Below, one piece after another: positions 18,716 through 27,987 of a stretch of DNA of 64,000 bases. This DNA comes from Nitrospirota bacterium (GTDB taxonomy: Bacteria > Nitrospirota > UBA9217): positions 1,792,001 to 1,856,000 of the forward strand of contig CAWFSF010000006.1 in the NCBI GenBank assembly GCA_963818475.1. Reading direction: 5' to 3'. Position numbers and translations under genes: made by a program. The notes under the pieces were generated by a model. The model was given only the letters and a program-made list of their open reading frames with translations, searched no databases and had not been told where the DNA came from. Position 1 is the first letter of the stretch; each line of letters starts with the position of its first letter.

Positions 18716-19753
18716 ATGACCGAAACCTATATATTGAACAAAAACCACCTCTCGTTCTGGCTCCGCAGGCTCAAGACCACACATGAGCTGATCGCGCCCG
18801 TGCGGGACGTTTCTGGCGACATCGTGCTGACCGAGCTGCCGCAGATGCACGAAACAGCGCTCGACGGGCCTGCACTCATGCCCTCTCCCAAGGAGTTCCT
18901 GCTTCCTCAGATGGAGCAGCTTTTCTGCTACTCCGAGGAAGGGATTGAAGAAGCATTGAACAAGCGGCCCCGTGTCCTCTTCGGCATCAGGTCCTGCGAC
19001 GTCTCGGCCATCAGGATCCTCGACACCTTTTATCTCGGCAAGACCAGGGACGCTTATTACGAAGCGCGCCGCTCCAGGACCGTCCTGATCTCTATTGCCT
19101 GCAACCATCCCGATCCGACCTGCTTCTGCATCGGCCTCGGTACCGGCCCATTCCTGAAAAGCGGCTTTGACCTCCAGCTCACCGACCTGGGAGACCGTTT
19201 TCTGGTCGAGACAGGATCGGAGACAGGCGCGTCGCTCGTTACCGCCTATCCGCACATCTTCACCGAGCCGAAGCCGACGGATAGCGACGACCTGTACGAG
19301 ACACGGCTTGCTTCCCAGAGCCAATTTGAGAAACGGGTCAATCTGGAGCAGGTGCGCAGGCGCATCCTGGCCGGGAGCGTGAGCGATGCGTTCTGGGAAT
19401 CGGTGGCACTCCGCTGCTTTGAATGCGGCGGCTGCGTGTATAACTGTCCGGTCTGCACCTGTTTCAATGTCATCGACCGCGCGTCGTCATCCGACGCGGG
19501 CAAGCGGGTCAGGCTCTGGGACACCTGCATGTTCAAAGGGTTTACGAGAACTGCTGGAGGAGTCATTCCTGCCGAGGCCAAGATAAACCGCACCAAGCGG
19601 TGGTTCCATCACAAGCTTATCCACTGGCCGGAGCAGTTCGGGGCTTTCGGATGCGTTGGCTGCGGCCGGTGCGCCATTTCCTGCCCCGGGACCATAGACA
19701 TGGCCACGGTGGCGCTCAGGATCAAAGGTGAGGGCAAGGCTGAAGAAAAATAG
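18716..19753 (+). CDS. AsrA/sulfhydrogenase-beta-like 4Fe-4S protein
   Basis: SPKEFLLP, GIRSCD, CFC, CFECGGCVYNCPVCTCF, WDTC and GCVGCGRCAISCP. Confidence 0.88.
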   Translation: MTETYILNKNHLSFWLRRLKTTHELIAPVRDVSGDIVLTELPQMHETALDGPALMPSPKEFLLPQMEQLFCYSEEGIEEALNKRPRVLFGIRSCDVSAIRILDTFYLGKTRDAYYEARRSRTVLISIACNHPDPTCFCIGLGTGPFLKSGFDLQLTDLGDRFLVETGSETGASLVTAYPHIFTEPKPTDSDDLYETRLASQSQFEKRVNLEQVRRRILAGSVSDAFWESVALRCFECGGCVYNCPVCTCFNVIDRASSSDAGKRVRLWDTCMFKGFTRTAGGVIPAEAKINRTKRWFHHKLIHWPEQFGAFGCVGCGRCAISCPGTIDMATVALRIKGEGKAEEK

Positions 19754-19764
19754 CATGGAGGCAA

Positions 19765-19892
19765 AATTCCAAAATGCAAATAGCAAATCCAAAATAAATT
19801 ACAATATCAAAGTTTCAATTTTCCAACGTTTCGAATTTACTATTTCGCCGTTTGAAACTTATTTGTAATTTGGTACTTGAGATTTGGAGCTT
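19765..19892. repeat. Heptamer-periodic inverted repeat element
   Basis: aattccaaaatgcaaatagcaaatccaaa ... tttgtaatttggtacttgagatttggagctt; related elements at 2573-2642, 23892-23982, 33178-33213, 35866-35979, 59296-59388, 60154-60250 and 63780-63799. Confidence 0.7.
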
Positions 19893-19903
19893 GGTGTTTC
19901 ATT

Positions 19904-20740
19904 ATGACCACAACTAACATCTACCTGCCGTTCAAGACATCGATCACGAACGTCAAAGAGGTGGCAAAGGACGTGAAGCTGTTCTCTATAAGCGTCCCCG
20001 CTGACTTCACCTATCAGCCCGGCCAATTCGTCATGGTATCGGTCATCGGCGCCGGCGAGGTCCCGATCTCGATCACGTCCACACCCGGGAAGAACAAGGA
20101 CCTTGAGCTTTGCGTGCGCACGGTCGGACGCGTTTCCTCTGCGATAAACTCGCTTACCGCAAACGATATGATATGGATCCGCGGTCCCTACGGCAGGTCC
20201 TTCCCGATCAACAGTCACCAGGACTCCCTGTTTATCTGTGGAGGCATCGGCATTGTGCCGCTGCGGCCGCTGATAAACCAGATGTTGAATAGCCGTGAAG
20301 CAGGCGCACAAACAGGCGTAACGGTCATGTACGGCGCGCGGAACCCCTCGGAAGTATTGTTCATGGATGAGGCCGTTCAATGGCAGGAACGGGGCGCCAA
20401 CATCGTCATGACCGTAGATGTGTGCAATATCGAGGGGTGGAAGGGATGTACGGGGTTGGTTACCGATCACTTTGCCAAGGCGAACGTCGACTACAAGAAC
20501 AGTACTGCTTACATCTGCGGGCCCCATGTCATGATCCAGGCAGCCATGCGAGATCTGTCGCTCATGGGCATGCCCGATGATCACATCATCACAACGCTCG
20601 AAGCGCATATGAAGTGTGGTGTGGGAAAGTGCGGGCACTGCTTCTGCGGGGGAAAGCTCATCTGTGAAGAAGGCCCTGTTTTTTCACTGGAAGAGATAAA
20701 AAAATACAATATCAAACCGGGCATCGACAACCTGGGCTGA
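19904..20740 (+). CDS. AsrB/sulfhydrogenase-gamma-like FAD/NAD(P)-binding 2Fe-2S protein
   Basis: PGQFVMVS..GAGEVPISI, RGPYG, GGIGIVPLR, ICGP and MKCGVGKCGHC...CEEGPVF. Confidence 0.9.
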   Translation: MTTTNIYLPFKTSITNVKEVAKDVKLFSISVPADFTYQPGQFVMVSVIGAGEVPISITSTPGKNKDLELCVRTVGRVSSAINSLTANDMIWIRGPYGRSFPINSHQDSLFICGGIGIVPLRPLINQMLNSREAGAQTGVTVMYGARNPSEVLFMDEAVQWQERGANIVMTVDVCNIEGWKGCTGLVTDHFAKANVDYKNSTAYICGPHVMIQAAMRDLSLMGMPDDHIITTLEAHMKCGVGKCGHCFCGGKLICEEGPVFSLEEIKKYNIKPGIDNLG

Positions 20741-20856
20741 CCGCAGCACCGGACACGCAGACCACCACACCAGCGCGGTCCTCGAGCTGAATCATTCTCA
20801 CAGAAGCATAGGAAGGAGTTATGGGGTTTTCAAGCAACATACAGCGCGGCTGCGAT

Positions 20857-21387
20857 ATGAGGGGAGCCCTCCATGTGCTCCTCGTGGTCAGCCTCCTCGT
20901 CCTCGCCTATACCAGGAACACAGCGTGGCGAGACGAAACGCTCTTATGCGAAGACATTATACGGCAAAGCCCCCGCAAGGCGCGCGCTCACGGAAACCTC
21001 GGCAATGCGTACCAGAAGAGCGGCCGTCTTGACAAAGCGTTGGAAGAGTATCAAACGACCATATCGCTCGATCCCGGCGATGCGACGGCGCACAACAATC
21101 TGGGATTCATCTATGAATTGCTGGGGCGTTTCGATGATGCTCTTCAGGAGTATCTGACCGCCCTGGAGCTGAAACCTGACCTGGCTGCTGCATACAACAA
21201 CCTTGGGAATCTCTATTGGAAGCGAGGCAATGGAAATGAAGCCACGCTGGCATATCGGACCGCCGCGCAGCTCGATCCTCTCTCAGCCAGCATTCATTAC
21301 AATCTCGGGATGGTGTACAGCATGCAGGGGAGAACGCAAGAGGCTGCCCGGGAATTCGCCCTGAACCGCATGCTCGCGCCGCAGTAG
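20857..21387 (+). CDS. Membrane-anchored TPR protein
   Basis: TM helix, RNTAWRDE, then four AH.NLG-type TPRs. Confidence 0.85.
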   Translation: MRGALHVLLVVSLLVLAYTRNTAWRDETLLCEDIIRQSPRKARAHGNLGNAYQKSGRLDKALEEYQTTISLDPGDATAHNNLGFIYELLGRFDDALQEYLTALELKPDLAAAYNNLGNLYWKRGNGNEATLAYRTAAQLDPLSASIHYNLGMVYSMQGRTQEAAREFALNRMLAPQ

Positions 21388-21431
21388 AGCACTACACTAA
21401 CGCGTCACAGAAGAGACCCCCCTGACGCAAC

Positions 21432-21464
21432 AAAAATCCACCTGCCCTTTCGGACCAGGTGGAT
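21432..21464 (-). terminator. Terminator hairpin between convergent genes
   Basis: atccacctg/caggtggat stem with a T run on the minus strand. Confidence 0.65.
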
Positions 21465-21516
21465 CATAGAGAATGACCAGAAGCGGTTCTAATAAACCCG
21501 TCCTAACGCGTGAATA

Positions 21517-21819
21517 TTATTCTGTTTCGTAGTTCGGGTTCGCCGGCTTGCCATGATCCTGAAGATACTGGTGGCTGAATGCCGGGATCACTCCCGTATC
21601 GCCGTTCTGAGGATGGATCATAAAGCGGTAGGACACGAGCTGCCCTACGGTCTGCATCATGTGGTCCCACCCTTTTTTGAAGAGTGTGCAGTCATTGTTG
21701 AAACAGACCCAGAGATAGGGCGAGTCCCAGTCCAGGTGGCGCGAATCCATCTGTTCCATCTGCGCTTTGCAGTGCGGACAGGTCGGTGCTTCCCTTACTT
21801 TCCATGTCGTCGTATCCAT
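21517..21819 (-). CDS. Small zinc-finger-like hypothetical protein
   Basis: CPHC...WVCFNNDC; GAGGAGG RBS; TTGCAA-17-TATAAT promoter at 21850-21878. Confidence 0.82.
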   Translation of the reverse strand: MDTTTWKVREAPTCPHCKAQMEQMDSRHLDWDSPYLWVCFNNDCTLFKKGWDHMMQTVGQLVSYRFMIHPQNGDTGVIPAFSHQYLQDHGKPANPNYETE

Positions 21820-22018
21820 ACACCATTACCTCCTCATGATAAGAGGAGCATTATACGACAGCATTGGTGCATTTGCAATAGTGAAAAGACCGGACCAGCA
21901 GCCAGCGGGAGACAAGCTGCCTCCCCCTCGTAGCTGCAAGCCTAAGTGGCTGTTTTATAAAGAATTTTCGCTTTTCACTGCTTTCCGGAGCCTACCCCAA
22001 ACGAATATATCTGCTGCA

Positions 22019-22591
22019 TTAATAATTTTCCGCTGCAACCTCGAAGTACGTCTTTGGATGCTGGCAGGCAGGGCAGAGGTCAGGCGCCTCCACACCTTCA
22101 TGATGATATCCGCAGTTGCGGCATTTCCATGACGAGGAAGTGTCCTTCTTAAAAACCTTCCCCTTCTCAACGTTTTCCAGAAGTTTCCGGTAGCGCTTTT
22201 CATGCTTTACCTCGACCTTCGCGATCTGACGAAACGCCTCGGCCACCTCGCGGAACCCTTCATCCTCCGCGACCTTCGCAAAACCGGGGTACAGCTTCAT
22301 CCACTCTTCGTTCTCGCCTTCTGCTGCGGACCTCAGGTTCTCGGCGGTCGTCCCGATCCGGCCGGCAGGAAAGGACGCCGTAAATTCAGACAGTCCGCCC
22401 TCCAGGAACTTGAAGAACCGCTTGGCATGCTCCTTTTCATTATCTGCGGTCTCAAGGAAAAGAGCGGCGATCTGCTCATATCCTTCTTTTTTTGCCGCAC
22501 TGGCGAAGTAAGTATAGCGGTTCCGCGCCTGCGACTCACCTGCAAAAGCAGCGAGCAGATTTTGTTCGGTCTTTGTGCCTTTCAGTGCCAT
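22019..22591 (-). CDS. rbr: Rubrerythrin
   Basis: [30 protein letters not shown] and CPACQHPK. Confidence 0.96.
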   Translation of the reverse strand: MALKGTKTEQNLLAAFAGESQARNRYTYFASAAKKEGYEQIAALFLETADNEKEHAKRFFKFLEGGLSEFTASFPAGRIGTTAENLRSAAEGENEEWMKLYPGFAKVAEDEGFREVAEAFRQIAKVEVKHEKRYRKLLENVEKGKVFKKDTSSSWKCRNCGYHHEGVEAPDLCPACQHPKTYFEVAAENY

Positions 22592-22735
22592 ACATCCTCC
22601 ATTGTGAAATAACCGTACTGCTCAGGTCAAAACACTATCCGCTGATCACGAAGATTTCACCGATAAAAAAACCTGTACTACTTTTCTTAAAAATCTGCGT
22701 TTATCTGCGAAATCTGCGGCAAAACCGATCCCTAC

Positions 22736-23878
22736 CTACCGCATCCGCCTCGCCAATTCAGCTCGCGCAGCAAAGATATCGGCACGGGCAAGCAGCCAGT
22801 AGCTGATCCGCTCCTTCCCCTTCTGGATGCAGGGCCGCTCGCTCCATTGCGTAAGAGAAATACGTTCCGACTGTTTCAAATCTTCATCGAAGTTCGACCG
22901 TGCCTGCGCCGCGATCGCCGGATCGTGAACCACCGCCACGAGCTCGTAGTTGATCCGTCCGCTCCTGATATCCAGATTTGCAGAACCGGCGATGACCGTA
23001 TCATCAACGACCGCCAGCTTGGCATGCAGCATGGTCGGAAGATATTCCCACACCTCGATCCCCGCGCGCAGCAGTCTGCCGTAAAGCCCGCGCGCGGCCC
23101 ACCTCGCCATCGGCACATCGCTCTTCCGGGAGAAGAGAAGCCGCACGCGCACGCCGCGCCGCACCGCCCGTTTGAGTGCGCGCATAATGCTTCCCGGAGG
23201 ATAGAAGTACCCCATGGCAAGGTCGATGCTGGTGGCGGCAGTGCCGATCACCGTGCCATATCTCTTGCGCACCGGCTGCAGCGGGTTATCCAGCCCGCTT
23301 TCGAGAAACCGCACGCCGTCCTGCGGGATGTTCGGAACCGTGCGCTCGCGCCGAAGGCTAATAAGTTTGAGCCGGCGGATCATACGGTGGATCGGCAATT
23401 CCGCCCTGACCCACATCCGGGCAAAAGATGGGCGGAGCCGTGCAACCTCATGACCCGTTATCTCCAGTGCGTTATCGCGCCAGGGAAGCTCACCGTAGGC
23501 GCCCCGGTAATATTCGTCAGCGACATTGAAGCCGCCGATATAAGCAGCATGGTTGTCTATCAGCAGAAGTTTCCGGTGGTTCCGGAACAGGAACAGGCCG
23601 TGTTTGAACTGCCGGAACCAGCGGACATCGCCGCCCGCAGAGCGCAACCCGTCCCAGAAAGAGTCAGGGAGCGCCCAGGACCCAAAGGAATCCACCAGCA
23701 CCATCACACCGACACCCCGCTGGGCGGCAGCAACAAGGTGGCTGCGAAACTCCCGCCCCGTCTCGTCGTCGGCCACAACATACATTTCAAGGGCAATAGA
23801 GGTACGGGCCACGCCGATGGCTGCGAACATGGCGGGGAAAGCCTCGATGCCGTTTTTGAGGAGACGGACGGATGTCAT
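22736..23878 (-). CDS. Cardiolipin synthase ClsB-like phospholipase D
   Basis: Two HKD motifs (RNHRKLLLID, LHAKLAVVD...GSANLD); no N-terminal TM. Confidence 0.88.
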   Translation of the reverse strand: MTSVRLLKNGIEAFPAMFAAIGVARTSIALEMYVVADDETGREFRSHLVAAAQRGVGVMVLVDSFGSWALPDSFWDGLRSAGGDVRWFRQFKHGLFLFRNHRKLLLIDNHAAYIGGFNVADEYYRGAYGELPWRDNALEITGHEVARLRPSFARMWVRAELPIHRMIRRLKLISLRRERTVPNIPQDGVRFLESGLDNPLQPVRKRYGTVIGTAATSIDLAMGYFYPPGSIMRALKRAVRRGVRVRLLFSRKSDVPMARWAARGLYGRLLRAGIEVWEYLPTMLHAKLAVVDDTVIAGSANLDIRSGRINYELVAVVHDPAIAAQARSNFDEDLKQSERISLTQWSERPCIQKGKERISYWLLARADIFAARAELARRMR

Positions 23879-23981
23879 GGCGACGATACCAGTGCAAAGT
23901 TCGAAGTGCAAAGTTCAAAGTGCAAAATGAGGAACGTGAGATCTTCCCCCCACTTTGCATTTTTCAATTTGCAATTTGCAT

Positions 23982-24455
23982 TTAAATATTCTCGAACGTA
24001 TACTCCACCTTCACCTTCAGGTCCTTCCTGAGGGAATGATAGACCGAGCAATACTTTTCCTGCGACAGCGATATTGCCCGTTCGATCTTTTTCGCGGTCA
24101 ATCCCGTGCCGGTCACCGAGATGATCATTTCGATGGAAGTATAATACTGAGGAGGCGTGGGATTTCGTTCACCTACGATGTCCATCTTATAGGACTTTAT
24201 TTCGATCTTCATTTTTTTGAGGAACGACACCATGTCGATCCCCATACACCCGGCCACACTCAGCAGGAGCGTTTCCGTGGGCGAGCAGCCCCATTGCTGC
24301 GCTGCATCGTATTCGACCTCATACCCCCGGTTCGTGCGGCCCACGAAGATGAGTTCCTTGTCCCAGGTAAGGGTCGCCTTGTTCACCTGCGATATTTTTG
24401 ATTTGTACGCTTCGAGCGATTCGTCCAGCTCATTGATCTCTTTTTCCTCAGACAT
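23982..24455 (-). CDS. OsmC/YhfA family protein
   Basis: SPTETLLLSVAGCMGID...LSQEKYCSV. Confidence 0.9.
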   Translation of the reverse strand: MSEEKEINELDESLEAYKSKISQVNKATLTWDKELIFVGRTNRGYEVEYDAAQQWGCSPTETLLLSVAGCMGIDMVSFLKKMKIEIKSYKMDIVGERNPTPPQYYTSIEMIISVTGTGLTAKKIERAISLSQEKYCSVYHSLRKDLKVKVEYTFENI

Positions 24456-24525
24456 ATACCACTCCTTTATAATAAAATGGAAGGGCCAGGTACGGTGGAT
24501 GCTCACCGCTGCCCCCCGTTTCGTG

Positions 24526-24840
24526 TCAGCCCTGGTTCTTCATTCTCTCACGCAGAAGGCTCACGGCCTCCTCTTCCCTGCCCGCCTCCACCTTCAGGAC
24601 GTAGATCTTGATCTCCCGCAAGGGATAGGCGTCGAACGTGGCCTGTATCCCGGCCGCGCCGAGATACAGGATGTATTCCATCATGGTGGTGTCGCTGTAT
24701 CCCTTGCCCGTATCTCCGCGCAGGACCTCAACATATTCGACAGCTTCATCGGGCTCCGGCTCATCGGTTGTCCCTTGGTCCCAGACGTCGCCATAGGCCC
24801 ACCCGTCGTCACTATTATTTGTATCATCGTTCCGTTTCAT
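24526..24840 (-). CDS. Acidic hypothetical protein
   Basis: Open frame with host-like codon use between flanking genes; no motif recognised. Confidence 0.6.
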   Translation of the reverse strand: MKRNDDTNNSDDGWAYGDVWDQGTTDEPEPDEAVEYVEVLRGDTGKGYSDTTMMEYILYLGAAGIQATFDAYPLREIKIYVLKVEAGREEEAVSLLRERMKNQG

Positions 24841-24946
24841 AGGGTTATACTTGTAAATAGTAATGGAGAGCACCGGGAGAGTCAAATAAAAAATCCTGAT
24901 ACTAGCGTTGTTGACAGATCTCCGGAGAAAGGCTACTATTCCTCCC

Positions 24947-25141
24947 ATGATAGAGACAACAGGTTTTCTCCTCGGATTCGGCTTCAGCGTGCTTGTCTAT
25001 GTCCGCTCCATCAGGACCGCGGACCTGTCATGGCAGAAAAAAGCGGTCTACTCCCTTTTCACGTTCATCGGGATCACCGGTACGGTCTTCCTCGCCGGCG
25101 TCCTGATCGCCCATGCGTTGAGAAAGTACTGGGCATTTTAG
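24947..25141 (+). CDS. Small two-TM membrane protein (probably leaderless)
   Basis: TTGACA-17-TACTAT at 24911-24939 with ATG 7 nt later; two hydrophobic helices. Confidence 0.65.
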   Translation: MIETTGFLLGFGFSVLVYVRSIRTADLSWQKKAVYSLFTFIGITGTVFLAGVLIAHALRKYWAF

Positions 25142-25530
25142 CCCGCCTCGTTGATCGCATCAAGCGCCTCTTCTGCAGCTTCACGCACCCCGGGATGGAC
25201 GTCGGCCATGCAGGCCTCGATCGCCGCTCGAGCCGCAAGTGCCCTGATGGTCCCCAGAACGGACAGCGCATCGCCGCGGATGGTGGGATTATCATGCTTC
25301 AGGAGGGCGATGAGGCCCGGCACCGCAGCATCAAGCCCTTCCCGGTGCTCACCCACCAGCTCTTCCACCAGCGCAGTAGCTCCGAGCCGCACGCGAATCT
25401 GCTCGTCACCAACCATGTCGGCGATGAACCGGCAGAGGGATTGGTCCTGCCTGAACATGGCTATGATATTGTCGAGAAAACCCTTTTCCATGTACTCGAT
25501 CAGCATGGCCCGCATCTCATTCTCTTCCAT
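25138..25530 (-). CDS. HEAT/PBS-lyase repeat protein
   Basis: LIALLKHDNPTIRGDALSVLGTI and D.HPGVREAA.EAL. Confidence 0.85.
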   Translation of the reverse strand: MEENEMRAMLIEYMEKGFLDNIIAMFRQDQSLCRFIADMVGDEQIRVRLGATALVEELVGEHREGLDAAVPGLIALLKHDNPTIRGDALSVLGTIRALAARAAIEACMADVHPGVREAAEEALDAINEAG

Positions 25531-25632
25531 AGGCTCGTCCTCGTAGAAACGCAAAGGGCGCCAAAACGGAAAGATCCTTTCGATCTTTGCGTCCTGCGCG
25601 CCTTTGCGGAAACCAGCGGGTGATGAACTGCT

Positions 25633-27090
25633 TTAGAACTCGACGGACTCGATGATCCTTCTCACTTCGGCGGGCATCTCACCGATGGCGCCGATCTTCT
25701 TTTTGATAAAGGAGTTGCTCATCATGAGCTTCATAGCGGTCATCATGTACTTCTTTTTGAACTCGTCCCGTTCCTGCAGCGTCATTTCGGCATAGCGGTT
25801 CATATAGAACGCGCGATAGCAGTCTACGATCGCCCGGTCGAGCTCTTCCAGGGTCATGTTCTTCGGTTTGATGATCGGATCGATCAGATTATACTTCCGG
25901 TAGTCGGTGACCGCAATATAGGGCTTCAGGTCGTTATAGATGTCTGCATAGGGCCAGGGTGCGATGGCGAGGAAGTGCGCCATGTCCGGATTGAATTCCA
26001 TGGCCAGTTCAAGCGTCTTTGCGATGGAATCCTCGGTCTCGTCCGGAAAACCGAGGATCATGGAGGTCTCGGTGATGATGCCGTGCTCGCGGCAGAGCGC
26101 CAGCGCCTTTTTGGATTCCTCGAGGCTCAGGTCCTTCTTGATATAGTCCAGGCTCGATTGCTGCGTTGACTCGGTGCCCACATAGATGTGGATGATGCCG
26201 GCCTTGCGGTACTTGGGGAGGATGTCCTCGTCCCGGATGATGTCGGCGGCCCGGGTCTCCATCAGGATATACTGTCCCACTTTTTTCTCGATCAGCAGGT
26301 CCAGGAGCTTTTCCCAGCGCTGCCGGTCCGGCGTGGGGTAATCGTCGGTAAAGAGCACCACGTCAACGCCGAACTTGTCCCGGAGCTCGAGCATTTCCCG
26401 CACAATGTCCTCGGGGCTCCGGGCGCGCCACTTCTGGTGCCAGAACTTCTGCTGCGAGCAGAACGTGCACTCCTTGTCGCAGCCGCGCGACGTGTCGACT
26501 GCGCCGAGGCGCGAACCGGGCAGCACGTAATAGTGGTAATCGCTCCAGTCCAGGAGGTCCCATCCCATGGGCTGGTTGTCAAGGTTCTGCATGAGCGGCC
26601 GGTCCGGGGTGACCGCAAGCGCTCCGTTCTTCCGGTAAACGAGACCCTTGACCGCGGCAAGGTCGTGATTGCCGGTCACGGCGTTCAGCAGCTCCACGAT
26701 CGTCCGCTCTCCTTCTCCGCGCACAACGAAATCCAGCCCGGGAGCCAGGCCGAACATCTCTTCGTACATAAAGGTCGCATGCACGCCTCCCAGGATGGTC
26801 GTAATCGCGGGATCGACCTTCTTGGCAAGCTCGATGACCAGCATGCCGTCAGGCGACGTGCAGGTAAATACGGACACTGCCACAAAATCCGGTTTGTATT
26901 CCCTGATCTTCTGCTCGATCTCGGGAAAGCCCACGTTCTTGGTCATGGCGTCGTAGATTGCGGCCTCATAGCCTGCCTGGCGCGCGGCGCCGGCAAGATA
27001 TACCAGATACAGCGGCACCCAGCTGCCCGCCACCTCGACCACGCCCGCATGGAACGGGACTGTTATAAAGAGGACCTTCTTGTTGCCCAT
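25633..27090 (-). CDS. Cobalamin-dependent radical SAM enzyme, BchE-like
   Basis: B12-binding domain (LGGVHATF), SRGCDKECTFCSQQKFW and DIIRDEDIL..YRKAG; the N-terminal FHAGVVEVAGSWVP resembles BchE. Confidence 0.9.
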   Translation of the reverse strand: MGNKKVLFITVPFHAGVVEVAGSWVPLYLVYLAGAARQAGYEAAIYDAMTKNVGFPEIEQKIREYKPDFVAVSVFTCTSPDGMLVIELAKKVDPAITTILGGVHATFMYEEMFGLAPGLDFVVRGEGERTIVELLNAVTGNHDLAAVKGLVYRKNGALAVTPDRPLMQNLDNQPMGWDLLDWSDYHYYVLPGSRLGAVDTSRGCDKECTFCSQQKFWHQKWRARSPEDIVREMLELRDKFGVDVVLFTDDYPTPDRQRWEKLLDLLIEKKVGQYILMETRAADIIRDEDILPKYRKAGIIHIYVGTESTQQSSLDYIKKDLSLEESKKALALCREHGIITETSMILGFPDETEDSIAKTLELAMEFNPDMAHFLAIAPWPYADIYNDLKPYIAVTDYRKYNLIDPIIKPKNMTLEELDRAIVDCYRAFYMNRYAEMTLQERDEFKKKYMMTAMKLMMSNSFIKKKIGAIGEMPAEVRRIIESVEF

Positions 27091-27398
27091 CCTGAGTTCA
27101 CCCTGTTCTTTTTCGTATTCCGGAATTCTTGCATCCTCATGCCAAAACAGCCGCGAGAATGTCCGTTATCTTACCAGATAATCAGCTCATTAAAAAGCAG
27201 AAAATGCATCTTCTTCCTGGAGAGAGCAACGAGGACCGTGAGTTTTTTGACCATGAACGACGACCCTTGATCTTATGAACTGGTTGTAAATATGAGGGCC
27301 CATCTTAATAGGACACACGATAAGTGTCAAGGCTTTTCCGGACTACAGCAAGCCAAAAACCGTTGACTTTGGCGGTAAAGGCAAGTAATATGACGCCG

Positions 27399-27776
27399 AT
27401 GATTCCCGTGGTTATCATGAGCATCAATTACTCGCACGACATTGCCACGGCGCTGCTGGCGGTCAGCGGGGCCTTTCTGTGGATGCTGTCGAGCCTGTAC
27501 CCGTCGGAAGCCTCGATCGGCATGGAACGCTATTTTGTCACAACCTACCATGGCATCACCAGGCTTGCGAAACTGTCCCTGTTCTGGATCCTGGCCGCGG
27601 GCGTGCCGCGCATCGTTTTTTACACTCAGTATGAATGGTCCGATGCGGCCGGAGACCTGCAGGTCATCGCGATCATCATCAAGCATGTTGTTATGTTCCT
27701 GCTCGTCGGCACCGGTCTGTTCTACTGGTCCAAGCTTGCCAAACGCGTAAAGCAGCTCCAGCTGAAGCACGGTTAG
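27399..27776 (+). CDS. Three-TM membrane protein with NYxHDxAT motif (paralog 1)
   Basis: INYSHDIATALL...GVPRIVFYTQYEW...IIKH; promoter TTGACT-17-TAATAT at 27363-27391. Confidence 0.8.
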   Translation: MIPVVIMSINYSHDIATALLAVSGAFLWMLSSLYPSEASIGMERYFVTTYHGITRLAKLSLFWILAAGVPRIVFYTQYEWSDAAGDLQVIAIIIKHVVMFLLVGTGLFYWSKLAKRVKQLQLKHG

Positions 27777-27798
27777 TTATTCTTAAGGAGGCAGCAGA

Positions 27799-27987
27799 AT
27801 GATCAGAACTCTCGTAATGGGCGCAGTACTCGGCCTGGTGGGCGGGCTACTCTTCGGCGTTCTTTATTTCGGCGCAGGCCAGATAACCACCCCCATGGCC
27901 TACATCCATGACATTTCCGGCACGGGCCTCGGCATCCTGATCGCCGCGATCGTTTACCTTTATAAGCGGGGGCCGGCACGCAAATGA
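27799..27987 (+). CDS. Small two-TM membrane protein
   Basis: AAGGAGG RBS; stop overlaps the next start (ATGATG). Confidence 0.75.
   Translation: MIRTLVMGAVLGLVGGLLFGVLYFGAGQITTPMAYIHDISGTGLGILIAAIVYLYKRGPARK

Noticed and set aside
18716-20740. Anaerobic sulfite reductase AsrABC
   Set aside because: No siroheme AsrC subunit is present in the window.
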